A stretch of DNA of 64,000 nt from Macrostomum lignano (lineage: Eukaryota), in contig NIVC01004114.1 in NCBI GenBank assembly GCA_002269645.1, positions 49,548 to 113,547 on the forward strand, in the 5' to 3' direction. The notes under the pieces are model-generated. The model saw nothing but the letters and a program-made list of their open reading frames with translations, made no database searches and was not told where the DNA came from. The position numbers and the translations under genes are program-made. Of this stretch, positions 1 through 13,435 are shown piece after piece; the stretch's first letter is position 1; each line of letters starts with the position of its first letter.

Positions 1-473
1 AAGGATCAGCCTGAGCAAGGATCAGCCTGAGCAAGGATCAGACTGAGCAAGGATCAGCCTGAGCAAGGATCAGACTGAGCAAGGATCAGACTGAGCAAGG
101 ATCAGCCTGAGCAAGGATCAGACTGAGCAAGGATCAGACTGAGCGAGGATCAACCTGAGCAAGGATCAGACTAAGCAAGGATCAGCCTGAGCAAGGATCA
201 GCCTGAGCAAGGATCAGCCTGAGCAAGGATCAGACTAAGCAAGGATCAGCCTGAGCAAGGATCAGACTGAGCGAGGATCAGCCTGAGCGAGGATCAGCCT
301 GAGCAAGGATCAGCCTGAGCAAGGATCAGCCTGAGCAAGGATCAGCCTGAGCAAGGATCAGCCTGAGCGAGGATCAGCCTGAGCAAGGATCAGCCTGAGC
401 AAGGATCAGCCTGAGCAAGGATCAGCCTGAGCAAGGACCAGCCTGAGCGAGGATCAGCCTGAGCAAGGATCAG
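1..473. repeat. 16-bp minisatellite (AAGGATCAGCCTGAGC)n, running off the window start
   Basis: Direct tandem repeat visible in the sequence; lies just beyond the CCDC51 stop codon. Confidence 0.97.
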
Positions 474-503
474 TCTAATGCAGCATCAACATAGCAAAGC
501 AAA

Positions 504-2270
504 TCAGGACAATGAGCCGAATAATTTAACAGTCAAGTAGGCTGCAAAACAGCCCAAAGCGGCGGCACTGGCCGCTAGAACTGCTGTTCTTTTCATTCCA
601 ATATCGATTAACCGTTCCAGTTCCAGCTGCTTTGCTGCCTCATCAACAGTAGGACTATCTAATAGCGATGCCTCAGTACTGTTGCTATCTGTCCTAGCAA
701 CAGTAGAATTAGCATTTGCAGCGGTTGCTAACGACGCCAACAGGTTGTTAAGCTGATCGGCTTGTCCTCGCAACGCCTCTGCTAGTTTCTGATTTTCTTT
801 TGCTTCGCGGAGTCGCAGCCAGCGATGCAGAGAAGCTGCACCAACCCCTAGCAACGTCCCGGCAACCGAGCCGATCAGTGTCCAGTACTTGGTCCGGTCG
901 CTGTGGGCTCGCTCCTGCTCGTGGCTGGCGCGGAATGCAGCTGACAGCTGGCTAAACTTCTTGCGCTCCTCGTGCTCGGCAGCCTGTCGGGCGTTGAAGT
1001 GCATGAGGTTAGCAGCTAAAGTACGTGAGGTTAGCAGCTAAAGTACATGAGGTTAGCAGCTAAAGTACATGAGGTTAGCAGCTAAAGTACATGAGGTTAG
1101 CAGCTAAAGTACATGAGGTTAGCAGCTAAAGTACATGAGGTTAGCAGCTAAAGTACATGAGGTTAGCAGCTAAAGTACGAGGTTAGCAGCTAAAGTACAT
1201 GAGGTTAGCAGCTAAAGTACGAGGTTAGCAGCTAAAGTGCATGAGATTAGCAGCTAAAGTACGAGGTTAGCAGCTAAAGTACATGAGGTTAGCAGCCAAA
1301 GTACTGGAGTCTAGCAGCTAAAGTAAATGAGTCTGGCAGCCAAAGTACTGAGTCTTGCAGCCAAAGTAGAGTCTAGCAGCTAAAGTACACGAGGTTAGCA
1401 GCTAAAGTACATGAAATTAGTAGCTAAAGTACATAAGGAAATCCAATAAAGTACAAGTCTAGCAGCCAAAGTACATGAGATTAGCAGTTAAAGTACACGA
1501 GGTTAGCAGCTTAAGTACTGAGTCTAGCAGCTAAAGTACATGAGTATAGCAGTTAAAATGCACGAGTCTAGCAGCTAAAGTACATGAAATTATTAGCTAA
1601 AGTACATGAGGTTATCAACTAAAGTACAAGTCTTGCAGCTAAAGTACGAGGCTAGCAGTAGCAGCTAAAGTACACGAGTCTAACAGACAAAGTATACGAG
1701 TCTAACAGCTAGAGTAAAAAATATATGAACCACAAAATAGTATATATAAATCAAACAATTAAAGCTAGCAAATACCTGAACTCGCTGAGTTAGACTCTGC
1801 TCAGATTTAATTAAATCGTGCTCTCGCAAAATCAATTGCAAATATTTATCTTCTCCTTTCTGATATTTGTCCATCTCTAATTCAAGCCTGTCGCGTTCCA
1901 TGCTTAGCGCCTGCTGTTGCTGTTGCAGGGTCCGCCTGTGCTGTTGAGAGTCTAAGAATTTCTCCTCGGCATTGAGCACAGCTTGTTGAGCTCTACGAAC
2001 ATCGTCTAAACCAATTAGTGATTCGTACCAGCTAGCCAGGGAATTGAAGTATCTCAGCAGGGCGGAAGAAATGACATTAGTTTGTTGCTGCTGCTTAACT
2101 GGCTCCTTCTGCTGCTGCGTTTCTATGGAACTTGCCGATGAAGAATAGTAAGTCACGTGATGGCGCCGATAATAACAGTAATGATTATCAAGTCTGCCGA
2201 ATTTTAACAGACCTCGATTCAATCGAACTGATTGAATAGCACAGACAGAAGAAAGACTGTAGGGTGCCAT
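504..2270 (-). CDS. CCDC51: CCDC51 / MITOK (mitochondrial coiled-coil K+ channel subunit) homolog; exons 2270-1776 and 983-504, about 324 aa
   Basis: Translation WYESLIGLDDVRRAQ...KYLQLILREH...|AAEHEERKKFSQLSAAFRASHEQERAHSDRTKYWTLIGSVAGTLLGV closely parallels the human CCDC51 core ([56 protein letters not shown]). Donor CAG|GTATTT at 1776/1775 and acceptor CCGACAG|GCT at 984/983 join in frame (phase 0). N-terminus is basic and presequence-like; C-terminus is hydrophobic. Confidence 0.9.
1003..1680. repeat. 22-bp minisatellite (GAGGTTAGCAGCTAAAGTACAT)n filling the CCDC51 intron
   Basis: Tandem units, homogeneous near the acceptor and more degenerate toward the donor. Confidence 0.95.
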
Positions 2271-2417
2271 TAAAAATAAATATTAATATAATGAAGTAAT
2301 ACGCCACAGCACTACTGCCAGTAGAAAGTAGAAGAGTCAAAAAATCTATATAAAACACATAATCATACAAATGATAGCACATACAGACGGCCTCTGACAG
2401 ACTCAGGTGTCCTCAAG

Positions 2418-2752
2418 CACACTGGGGTGTTTTCTATCACACTGGAGTCTCTAATATCCCACTGGGGTATCTTCTATCACACTAAGCTGTCCTCTATCAC
2501 ACTGGGGTGTCTTCTGGGCTGTCCACTATCCCACTGGGGTGTCCTCTGGTCTGTCCACTATCCCACTGGGCCCACTGGGGTGTCTTCTGGGCTGTCCACT
2601 CTCTCTATCACACTGGGGTGTCCTCTATCATACTGGGGTGTCTTCTGGGCTGTCCACTATCTCATTGAGATGTCCTCTATCACACTGGGGTGTCTACTAT
2701 CACACTGGGGTGTCCACTATCACACTGAGGTGTCCACTATCACACTGGGTGT
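2418..2752. repeat. Compound minisatellite built on CACTGGGGTGTC(C/T)
   Basis: Recurring CACTGGGGTGT / CTATCACACTG modules; the ORFs called here are repeat artefacts. Confidence 0.9.
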
Positions 2753-3602
2753 CCTTTAACATAGGGGGTGTTTTTAATACACTATAGTTTTCTTTATTTC
2801 AAAGGGATAGTTAAAAAGCGTAAATAACAGAGACAAATATATTTAACACAAAACAAAGACAGAAGAAAAAATTTGGGTAGATTTTATTTGAAAAGATACT
2901 ACTAAATGCCACCACTAAACGCGCAAACCATTTCACTTCTGGCGGTACAACAGCAAAAAAACCATGGTGCGAAAAAAATTTATGTATTATAAGAATGTTT
3001 TCATATTAAAAAAAGAAGCACAAACGGACAAAAAATTCTATTTGGAAGACAAAACAACTGTCAGAACAATGGCAAAAGAAAGAAATTTAGAATTTTTGTT
3101 AAAAATTTAAAGCAGCAATGATATGGTTAATAGAATGGAAAAACTGGAGCTTGAATGAAGGCAAAATGAAGACAATCAGCGCACGATTCTGCTTTTTTTC
3201 AAAAACAAAAATAAGTTTAAATAACAAAAATTGTGTTTGTACTTATTAAAGCGCTATAAATACTACTTATAGCATTCAGATAAACTTGAATGCGCTACGC
3301 TTTTAATGCAATAAGGCAAGTATAGATATTATTCAAGTGTAGAAAGTTCAAAACTTTAGAATGTAGTGCTATTAATAAAAAAGATTCTTCAAAATGCACT
3401 TTTAAACCTGTTATGCATGATTAAATCAACAATAAATCGACTACAATATTATTACAGATTACTATAAAACTAGCAACAGAAAGTTTCCTTATGGAGTCCT
3501 TGGTCAAGGGCTGAATTAGCACGCGTATGTACGTGTATTTTTTGATAATTTTGCAAATCTGCACAGTGACTTAAGCGCTTAGGCAATTTTTTTAACTCCT
3601 TA

Positions 3603-3825
3603 TTGCACGCTTGTGTCAGTGTGTATCAATCAAACTTGCACGCTTGTGTCAGTGTGTATCAATCAAACTTGCACGCTTGTGTCAGTGTGTATCAATCAAA
3701 CTTGCACGCTTGTGTCAGTGTGTATAAATCAAACTTGCACGCTTGTGTCAGTGTGTATAAATCAAACTTGCACGCTTGTGTCAGTGTGTGCCAATCAAAC
3801 TTGCACGCTTGTGTTGTGCCAGTGT
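3603..3825. repeat. 33-bp minisatellite (TTGCACGCTTGTGTCAGTGTGTATCAATCAAAC)n, about 7 copies
   Basis: Direct tandem repeat. Confidence 0.95.
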
Positions 3826-3948
3826 GTATCAAAAGTACTGACAATAGATTTTAAATTTTTATGAGCATATGTCGTGCGCGCTTTATAAGGCATCCCGTTA
3901 TTGACATGTTTGTAACCCAATCCGACTTCATTGCCAGTTGATCATAGA

Positions 3949-5325
3949 TTATAAATCGGCTAATTCAAAACTGGCGCCAGCGGAGAGGCCGAAGAATTGC
4001 GATTTATCACCACCAATGTTATTATTATTATCGAAAAAGGAGTCGCCCAAAATAGCTGGCACACTGCCAAGAGAGGAGGCACCAGCTGAAGAGTTTAAAT
4101 TATCGTATTCGCTGCTCGGTTGGCAGACGCTCAATTCGACTAAGGAAAAGTCTGCCGCCTCACCCTGCTGGCAGGTGGGATACTGCGGCTCAATCTCGGC
4201 TGAAGGTTGAATAATTGTTTCAGCATTAGTTAGTTGCTGATTCGGCAACCACACCTGTCGCCTATCAGCCTGTTGTTCCCCAGTCAAAAACATTGACTGT
4301 TCGTTAAAGAATACTTGCTGCTGGCTCAACTGTTCAGATCCATAGTAGCCAGCCACTAAACTAGAACTTTGACTGGTGCCGTAACCCGAATCGAGGCGGG
4401 CATCTATCTGGCATTGTTTCAGGTACTGCTGAGCCTGCTCCTCCTGCTGCTGCTGAGACGGCTGTGGCGATGGCTTAACCAGTAGTATTTCAGACGATCG
4501 ATTAGCGTTAGTATTGAAATCTGGTTTCCAATCGTCTGTGCAAACAAAATTAGATTGCTGATGAGGATGATGACGGCCCGGCTGACTAGCAGCGCCAGAA
4601 TTATAGCTAGGCTGCTGATAAGTCACCGACTGCAGATTCAGCATTGAACAACTGGAGGACTGTTCGTTAGTAGTTAAGAATCCTGCCTGCTCGCAAGATA
4701 CCAACAGTACGGGAAATTGTCCAATGATGTAATACTCCTGCTGTTGAAGTGGTGCGCAGCTGCTCTCTGCAGCAGTTTCTTTAACTAATTGGCAATCCGG
4801 ACTAATAGCAGCGCTACACAATTCTTGATCGGCACTGTCGGTTAAATCAATCACTGATTGGTTCAAGTCAATATTGGCACAGTCTTCGTCAACATGCTCA
4901 GCCTCGCCTTCAGCTGAATTAAAAGCGATATTGCCGCCTAGCTCTGATCGCCAAGTTCCTGAACTATAATTAACAAAATGCAACCGACGCCCACGACCTC
5001 TGCCGGAACTTTTGGTGAACCAGTAGCTACCATTGACACCACTATTAGCTGATTGCTCCGGTGACTCAAACTCTAAACGTGACGTCAGGGCGCTGTACAC
5101 AACAGGCGAAGGTGACGGTGTTGACAAAGCTGCACTATAATTCAAGCTTCTAGGGGTGACAGTGGAAGTTTTACTACCGCGACCTCCACGATGGCCACCT
5201 CGAGTGCTGCTGCCTTTGCTGGCAGGACTAGCTAGCATCATTTCTAGCCTAGGCAATGGTGCTGCATTGAACTGACTATCAATGGAAGATGCCCAGCTAT
5301 AGTCTAGCTCCATTTCAGAAAACAT
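3949..5325 (-). CDS. Intronless 458-aa S/Q-rich, probably disordered protein of unknown family
   Basis: Long uninterrupted ORF with higher GC than its AT-rich flanks. Contains DSGYGTS, RRLHF/SRLEF and S/T-P motifs. No recognised domain. Confidence 0.65.
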   Translation of the reverse strand: MFSEMELDYSWASSIDSQFNAAPLPRLEMMLASPASKGSSTRGGHRGGRGSKTSTVTPRSLNYSAALSTPSPSPVVYSALTSRLEFESPEQSANSGVNGSYWFTKSSGRGRGRRLHFVNYSSGTWRSELGGNIAFNSAEGEAEHVDEDCANIDLNQSVIDLTDSADQELCSAAISPDCQLVKETAAESSCAPLQQQEYYIIGQFPVLLVSCEQAGFLTTNEQSSSCSMLNLQSVTYQQPSYNSGAASQPGRHHPHQQSNFVCTDDWKPDFNTNANRSSEILLVKPSPQPSQQQQEEQAQQYLKQCQIDARLDSGYGTSQSSSLVAGYYGSEQLSQQQVFFNEQSMFLTGEQQADRRQVWLPNQQLTNAETIIQPSAEIEPQYPTCQQGEAADFSLVELSVCQPSSEYDNLNSSAGASSLGSVPAILGDSFFDNNNNIGGDKSQFFGLSAGASFELADL

Positions 5326-5399
5326 ACTGCCGCGTATGCCTCTAATTAAGTGTCAGATAGACAGACAAGGCATGAAATGATGTAACATAACAAGTTTTT

Positions 5400-5478
5400 A
5401 AAGCTTTTTTGAATAGATTTGCATGAATAATTTTTGCTCCTTGCTTATTGGGCGCCCCGAAGGGGGAACTAGATTGCA
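5400..5478. mobile_element. Terminal fragment of a dispersed (Helitron-like?) repeat family also at 26291-27098 and 34470-35363
   Basis: TTTGCATGAATAATTTTTGC...TTGGGCGCCCCGAAGGGGG..AGATTGC is the reverse complement of 34470-34540. Confidence 0.6.
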
Positions 5479-7829
5479 GGTTAGCTACTATACTTAAAAT
5501 GAGTAAAATCAGCAATATTGTAAATTAAAATAGCCAACACAAATGCATAATTTTAGCAACACATAGGGCCTATACATCTTACACTATTGTTACTATAACT
5601 TTTTAAAAGTACTTTATACTAGTTATTAAATTTATCGCAAGCTTGAAATAAATATGATAGTTCGCAGTGTTTCCTATAGCCAGCATTAGCAACCTAGCAA
5701 CTAGAGTATGGTATATTAATCACTTGTTTTAGGCTTTTGAGAACCACATTTAGCTCTTCTTTAGCAAGCCAGACAGAAAATGGCAGGCTTAAACTGCCAT
5801 TGTCTATTAACACTTTTTTTTGCTGCCATGCTTTCCACCAATAGCTTTTGTTTCATATTCCAACTACAATTGTTAGTGCTGATAGACTATTTTGTGATTG
5901 ACTTGCAAATGCTAGATCTTAGCCCCAGACCACAGCCACCTGCCCCTCCTCTCTAGTTTGTGAGTGTCTATGTATAAGAGCTCATTAGCTTTTGCATGTT
6001 TATCTCGAATTGTTCATCCTATGGCCAGATTGTCTAGCATTGCCCATTGGAAATCTACTTGAACTTGGTGCTATATTTTAATTTGCCTTGGCTTACTATA
6101 ATCATTTGTCTCCATTTTGTGTACTACTTACTATTTTCGTCTCCATCGCTATCATTCTAGCTTTTTCTGCCCATTATGTTATTTGTGCCTGCAACTTTTT
6201 CCTATATATTATTGCCCTTTTGTTCTACTTCCTAGCCTAGTACAATTCTCTGCTCTTATTGATTTAATTTGTATGAGTAACTTAAGTTATTATGTTACTT
6301 AGTACTCTTGTTACCTAAGTAGTAAAAGTAGGCTTTTTGCAATTAGAGTTTGATGATTTTCTCAATTTGAAGATTTTAAACAGGTCAAAGAATGTTGGCA
6401 AGCATTTTCTCATTTATACAAGATACCATCTGTATAGACTCCCATTTTTCTCAAAATAACATAAGATCCTACTTAAAATAATATATAAAAACCTCAATTC
6501 ATATTGGTTGGGTCTGCAATGTTTGCTTATGTTTGCCAGCTAACATTTGCTAGTTGATGTTTTCTAGCCAGACATTTGCCAGTTGGACATTTTCAAGTGG
6601 CAATTAGTTACAGAATTATGCCCTCTCTAGGCTTATATGTACTTGCCTTTGACAACTGCAGACATAACACCAATCTAATACCACATTCTCTCTACTATTG
6701 CTAATAAATTAAAATATACAGGTTGCTAGCAAACTAATACTTACTAGAATGCTCTTTGTCTTCTTGATATTTTGGGTATATTTTAGTAATAGGTACCAAA
6801 GCAACTATTATAACCAAAACTGTCTAAACTAGTAATAACAAAAGATAGTAAGGTTTGCTAGCTAACAAAAAGTCAATCAGTGAAAAATTTTGATACTGAA
6901 ATATTTGCAATTTAGTGGTTTGAAAAAAAAACTATTTTAGTCTACCTTTGATGGTTTATGATGCATAAAAGTTCTAAAACAAAATTTAGATAAATTATGC
7001 AGTCAACTAGTCTAACATCTAGCATCTAGTTTAACAAAGATTTCTTTGAATGATAAAATATTACAAAGTTTACTTCTGACAGTTTTGTATGGCTTTTCCC
7101 AGTTTAAGCGCAAAAGAAGATATACCAATTACAAGGGAAATCTCTAGCAAGCCAAGTTTTGAAGCAAATAAAAGAGCTTGCTAAATGGTAATCTTGGCTT
7201 ATAGATCAATATTTCTTAGTTCATTAGGAAATCCAAAAGTACATAAATAATTATAATGCAGCTTGTCAAGTGCATGCTATCATGCTATCATGGCCAAACT
7301 TCATTAAGCAGAGTTTAAAACTGAACAAATTTTCAAAATAGCTTTTAGACACTTTAGATAAGTAAACATTACAAGTTATCTGATTGGTTGTTATTTTTGT
7401 CTTTTGATTAAAAAGGCTTGATTTTGGCGTAAGTGTATGTACTAGCCTGTACTCATTGTTTAGTGTACATAATATTTGCCTATTTCTGTATGCATAATAA
7501 TATTGATAAATAATTTTGTATAGTTCTTACTATGATTTACATGCAAAAAATAGTTAAATAGTAGCCACATTAAACTTGTGCAAAAATAAGAAACCATTTT
7601 ATTTTTGTTTTACTATATAAAACATTGGCAATAATTACTTTTTGTTATAAATGCATCCCTAGGACCCTATATATATAAGCAAATTTCACCCCAAATAAAT
7701 CATTTTTTTATTCTTACCCACAAACTTGCATTCACATTCTTAGACCTTTAAAAATCTTTGGAAAGGAGTTATCGAGTTAGTTATTCAGTTATAATTTCAA
7801 AGTGCTAAGAAATGTACTTAAGACATATA

Positions 7830-9100
7830 AGCATCCCCTGTGACAAATTGGTGGCATAACAGTAGAATTTATAAAGACAAAGGAAAACACCCCATTACAA
7901 CTTGGTGTCAACAATGGGAATTTTAATAGAGAAGTTACCCCTGCAACATAAGAAGATGTTATATACCTTTACAAACATGCAAGCTAAGGCTGCTTCAACC
8001 TAGCATTTACTAGCAAATATCATTGCAGATCATGTTAGCTAAGCTGCCTAAAGCTGCTAGGGTTGCACTGCAAAAAAGGCATCAATGAAAATGATCCAAA
8101 ATGTAAAAAAAACTACTTCGAAAGTGCCTGTTTAGCTAAACAATCTAATAGACCCAGTGATTCCACCTGAATTTCATGAGCACATGGGTCAATCATTTTT
8201 ATTCTTTGACTCTAAGCTAGGTATTAATTGAATTCTAGTATTTAGATACCAAGAAAATTTGTAGGCTCTACTAGAGGCAATCAACTTCTACTTAGATGGC
8301 ACCTTTGATGCTTTGCTAACACTTTTTGCACAATTGCTAGCTATACATGTGGAGCATCATAGGTTTGTTTAGCCACTTATCTTTCCTTGCTCCCTGGCAA
8401 AACCTAAGACAGTTCCTACCATTTCTTGAGGTCCCACATCAACTAGCACCAAACATTCAGCATTTTTATACGAGATTTTGATTTGAAAAAGTCCAGATAA
8501 CTGCCATTTGGTAGATTTTCAACCTGGAACCAACAAGTTGTCTAATTTCATTTGGGCCAATACATCTATTACAAGGCCATGTCTAGTAGTCTTAAACAAA
8601 AATTAGAACAGGTTGATAGTTTTAACTGTCCTTGTGGCTACACAGCCTGATTGCTTTAGCATTTTTACTTATTGGAGCAATCATAGCCTCATTTGAGACA
8701 TTTGTTGCACTTCCTTATTTTTTTACTTAGTTACAACTAATTCCTTTTTTTGAAAACATTTAGATTGGCAAAATACTTTAAGATGGAAATAAGTGGCTAC
8801 CAATTTTCTCATTTCTATCTAGAATATATGGCAGAGGACTCTAGATAGCCAACACTGAGCCAATAACTCAGTTGAGGCTTAGTACCAACATTTTCAATCA
8901 GTTGCTACAATGCTTAAATCCAAATATTTTTTTTAATTGCTTCTGTGTCTGATGGAGTAAGATTACCAAAACTGGCAAATCCAACTTAATATCAATTACA
9001 AGTACTATGCAACTTTTGTGCCATTGCAAATTCCAACTAACTAGTTGTGAAATATATTATTGTTTTCATATTGACTTGATTTCATGAGATACTTTGGGTA
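7830..9100 (+). pseudogene. Decayed Mutator-like (MULE) DDE transposase
   Basis: Manual translation: IPPEF..GQSFLFFDS..*ILVF..ENL*ALLEAINFYLDGTFDAL.TLFAQLLAIH, then LLPGKT, FHLGQ.IY, NNSVEA*YQHF. These are canonical MULE motifs (DGTF, QL..IH, FH..Q, TNN.VE.WH) with many stops and frameshifts. Confidence 0.8.
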
Positions 9101-12100
9101 TTAATTTAAATAGTTTTGATTACATGATAACAACAAAGGGATCACAATGACAGGGATCCCAATCTAATCAATCAGTTTCAATTTTAATCAATCTATTTCA
9201 ATAAAAAAAATTAATTAATTAATTATTTATACAAAAAATTCAAATGTTATTGTTTTTTATTTTGTTTACAAACAAAATAAGTATATTTTACTTCTATATA
9301 CTTTGTTATACTATATATGAATTGGGCCCTATATGAGCTATACAACTATAATAAACTTGTTAACACAGTTGACAAATAAAAAGTTAACTAGTTTACCCAG
9401 ATCTACTACCAAAGTGTCTAATTGCTATAACTGCCAATTGCAATAATTGCTAATGTCTTGTTACCAAAGTGAATAATAGTAATAGCTATATAGAAATAGA
9501 GGTATCTACACTTTTTGGTCCCTATGCTTTTTGGTGCCTAAATTATATAAATTAGAATTGAACACAAAAATATAGAAATTGAACCCTAATTTAACAATAA
9601 GTGCTATGTCTTGGCAATACTTGTTAACTTTAAAAAATTAAGTTTATTATTCAGTTTGTTAAGCTGAACTAGTTTTTAAATAAAAAAATGGTTTAGTTTC
9701 ATTTAATTTTTTATCTTGATTTGATTTTTCAAGAAATAAAAAACTAAGATTATGTGATTCAAGAAATCAATACAAAAATAGACTAGTCATATAGATTTCA
9801 ATCAAAACTGATATATAGCATTGACAAGCATTTCGCTACCCATTAACACGCACGCGGGATGCGTGCTATTGTCCATAGAAAAAAAACATTAGTTTAACGA
9901 GTTTTTAGATGACCCAAAATTAATTATTAGATGATTAATTTTTTATTTATACGGTTTATAATTGTAAATTATAGACAACAACTACTTATAGCATGAAAAT
10001 GAGGGGGAAATGTCTAAAGCCATAGTTTCTCTCGAAGAATTAGTATTTTTGATAGATACGCCCTACTCAAACACAGTGTTAATAAAATTGTTGTTGCCGT
10101 CAATGCAAACACGCATATTCTTGGTCGGACGTACAGGCCTCGATATGAACTGGCCGAGGAACCGGCTCGTCAATTGATTGTGGGGTGGCATTGCAACTGG
10201 TGATCCGTCATCACTTGCGTGCAGACAGTAGAACTGATAGAGCCGCTCGCATTAGCAGAGAAAGACGCCTCATTGGACGGCATTGTGCTTGTGCTTGGAA
10301 TATGCCGGCTTAGTGCACAGTTCACTGCCTTGGAACTCCTGAACAGACTGTTGGTCCCGGCACCTGGTTAAATTACTTTTGACCGTCTTCTCACATTTCT
10401 GACCGGTAATAAGCATTATGTCTTGCAGCGAATGGCCAGCGGCGTCTAGATCGCACACTCTAGTGACTCTGTGGGAGAATCAAAGGAAAGTAATTTTACA
10501 TGAACTAGTTAAAACTATTATTTATAAATATACTATTTATATACTATTTATATACCATATCGGAAAACGAAATTTACTTACCTAATACAGTGATTATTGT
10601 AGACCTTGCTTAGACCGCCCTCGCACTAAGTTTCTTCATAAATTCTTGAAGGAATCGATATCCTCGAGTGGTCTTCTCGGAGAAACGGTACGGTTTTAAA
10701 GANNNNNNNNNNNNNNNNNNNNNNNNNNNNNNNNNNNNNNNNNNNNNNNNNNNNNNNNNNNNNNNNNNNNNNNNNNNNNNNNNNNNNNNNNNNNNNNNNN
10801 NNNNNNNNNNNNNNNNNNNNNNNNNNNNNNNNNNNNNNNNNNNNNNNNNNNNNNNNNNNNNNNNNNNNNNNNNNNNNNNNNNNNNNNNNNNNNNNNNNNN
10901 NNNNNNNNNNNNNNNNNNNNNNNNNNNNNNNNNNNNNNNNNNNNNNNNNNNNNNNNNNNNNNNNNNNNNNNNNNNNNNNNNNNNNNNNNNNNNNNNTCTA
11001 CTAGAGGCAACAACTTCTACTTAGATGGCACCTTTGATGCTTTGCTAACACTTTTTGCACAATTGCTAGCTATACATGTGGAGCATCATAGGTTTGTTTA
11101 GCCACTTATCTTTCCTTGCTCCCTGGCAAAACCTAAGACAGTTCCTACCATTTCTTGAGGTCCCACATCAACTAGCACCAAACATTCAGCATTTTTATAC
11201 GAGATTTTGATTTGAAAAAGTCCAGATAACTGCCATTTGGTAGATTTTCAACCTGGAACCAACAAGTTGTCTAATTTCATTTGGCCAATACATCTATTAC
11301 AAGGCCATGTCTAGTAGTCTTAAACAAAAATTAGAACAGGTTGATAGTTTTAACTGTCCTTGTGGCTACACAGCCTGATTGCTTTAGCATTTTTACTTAT
11401 TGGAGCAATCATAGCCTCATTTGAGACATTTGTTGCACTTCCTTATTTTTTACTTAGTTACAACTAATTCCTTTTTTTGAAAACATTTAGATTGGCAAAA
11501 TACTTTAAGATGGAAATAAGTGGCTACCAATTTTCTCATTTCTATCTAGAATATATGGCAGAGGACTCTAGATAGCCAACACTGAGCCAATAACTCAGTT
11601 GAGGCTTAGTACCAACATTTTCAATCAGTTGCTACAATGCTTAAATCCAAATATTTTTTTTAATTGCTTCTGTGTCTGATGGAGTAAGATTACCAAAACT
11701 GGCAAATCCAACTTAATATCAATTACAAGTACTATGCAACTTTTGTGCCATTGCAAATTAATACCCAACTAACTAGTTGTGAAATATATTATTGTTTTCA
11801 TATTGACTTGATTTCATGAGATACTTTGGGTATTAATTTAAATAGTTTTGATTACATGATAACAACAAAGGGATCACAATGACAGGGATCCCAATCTAAT
11901 CAATCAGTTTCAATTTTAATCAATCTATTTCAATAAAAAAAATTAATTAATTAATTATTTATACAAAAAATTCAAATGTTATTGTTTTTATATTTTGTTT
12001 ACAAACAAAATAAGTATATTTTACTTCTATATACTTTGTTATACTATATATGAATTGGGCCCTATATGAGCTATACAACTATAATAAACTTGTTAACACA

Positions 12101-13435
12101 GTTGACAAATAAAAAGTTAACTAGTTTACCCAGATCTACTACCAAAGTGTCTAATTGCTATAACTGCCAATTGCAATAATTGCTAATGTCTTGTTACCAA
12201 AGTGAATAATAGTAATAGCTATATAGAAATAGAGGTATCTACACTTTTTGGTCCCTATGCTTTTTGGTGCCTAAATTATATAAATTAGAATTGAACACAA
12301 AAATATAGAAATTGAACCCTAATTTAACAATAAGTGCTATGTCTTGGCAATACTTGTTAACTTTAAAAAATTAAGTTTATTATTCAGTTTGTTAAGCTGA
12401 ACTAGTTTTTAAATAAAAAAATGGTTTAGTTTCATTTAATTTTTTATCTTGATTTGATTTTTCAAGAAATAAAAAACTAAGATTATGTGATTCAAGAAAT
12501 CAATACAAAAATAGACTAGTCATATAGATTTCAATCAAAACTGATATATAGCATTGACAAGCATTTCGCTACCCATTAACACGCACGCGGGATGCGTGCT
12601 ATTGTCCATAGAAAAAAAACATTAGTTTAACGAGTTTTTAGATGACCCAAAAATTAATTATTAGATGATTAATTTTTATTTATACGGTTTATAATTGTAA
12701 ATTATAGACAACAACTACTTATAGCATGAAAATGAGGGGGAAATGTCTAAAGCCATAGTTTCTCTCGAAGAATTAGTATTTTTGATAGATACGCCCTACT
12801 CAAACACAGTGTTAATAAAATTGTTGTTGCCGTCAATGCAAACACGCATATTCTTGGTCGGACGTACAGGCCTCGATATGAACTGGCCGAGGAACCGGCT
12901 CGTCAATTGATTGTGGGGTGGCATTGCAACTGGTGATCCGTCATCACTTGCGTGCAGACAGTAGAACTGATAGAGCCGCTCGCATTAGCAGAGAAAGACG
13001 CCTCATTGGACGGCATTGTGCTTGTGCTTGGAATATGCCGGCTTAGTGCACAGTTCACTGCCTTGGAACTCCTGAACAGACTGTGGTCCCGGCACCTGGT
13101 TAAATACCTTTTGACCGTCTTCTCACATTTCTGACCGGTAATAAGCATTATGTCTTGCAGCGAATGGCCAGCGGCGTCTAGATCGCACACTCTAGTGACT
13201 CTGTGGGAGAATCAAAGGAAAGTAATTTTACATGAACTAGTTAAAACTATTATTTATAAATATACTATTTATATACTATTTATATACCATATCGGAAAAC
13301 GAAATTTACTTACCTAATACAGTGATTATTGTAGACCTTGCTTAGACCGGCCCTCGCACTAAGTTTCTTCATAAATTCTTGAAGGAATCGATATCCTCGA
13401 GTGGTCTTCTCGGAGAAACGGTACGGTTTTAAAGA
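8267..13435. repeat. Near-identical 2.4-kb direct duplication (8267-10702 and 10997-13435) flanking the gap; probably an unmerged contig overlap
   Basis: Both copies abut the N gap exactly and differ mainly by small indels. Confidence 0.85.
10703..10996. other. Assembly gap (N run)
   Basis: Run of n characters. Confidence 1.

Noticed and set aside
1-473. Regular short repeats resembling a CRISPR array (also other arrays in the window)
   Set aside because: There are no unique spacers; these are head-to-tail minisatellites in eukaryotic DNA.
10668-11024. ORFs spanning X residues
   Set aside because: Artefacts of the N gap.
8267-13435. 2.4-kb tandem duplication of MULE and Crypton sequence
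   Set aside because: The copies end exactly at the N gap and differ mostly by small indels; most likely an unmerged contig overlap rather than biology.
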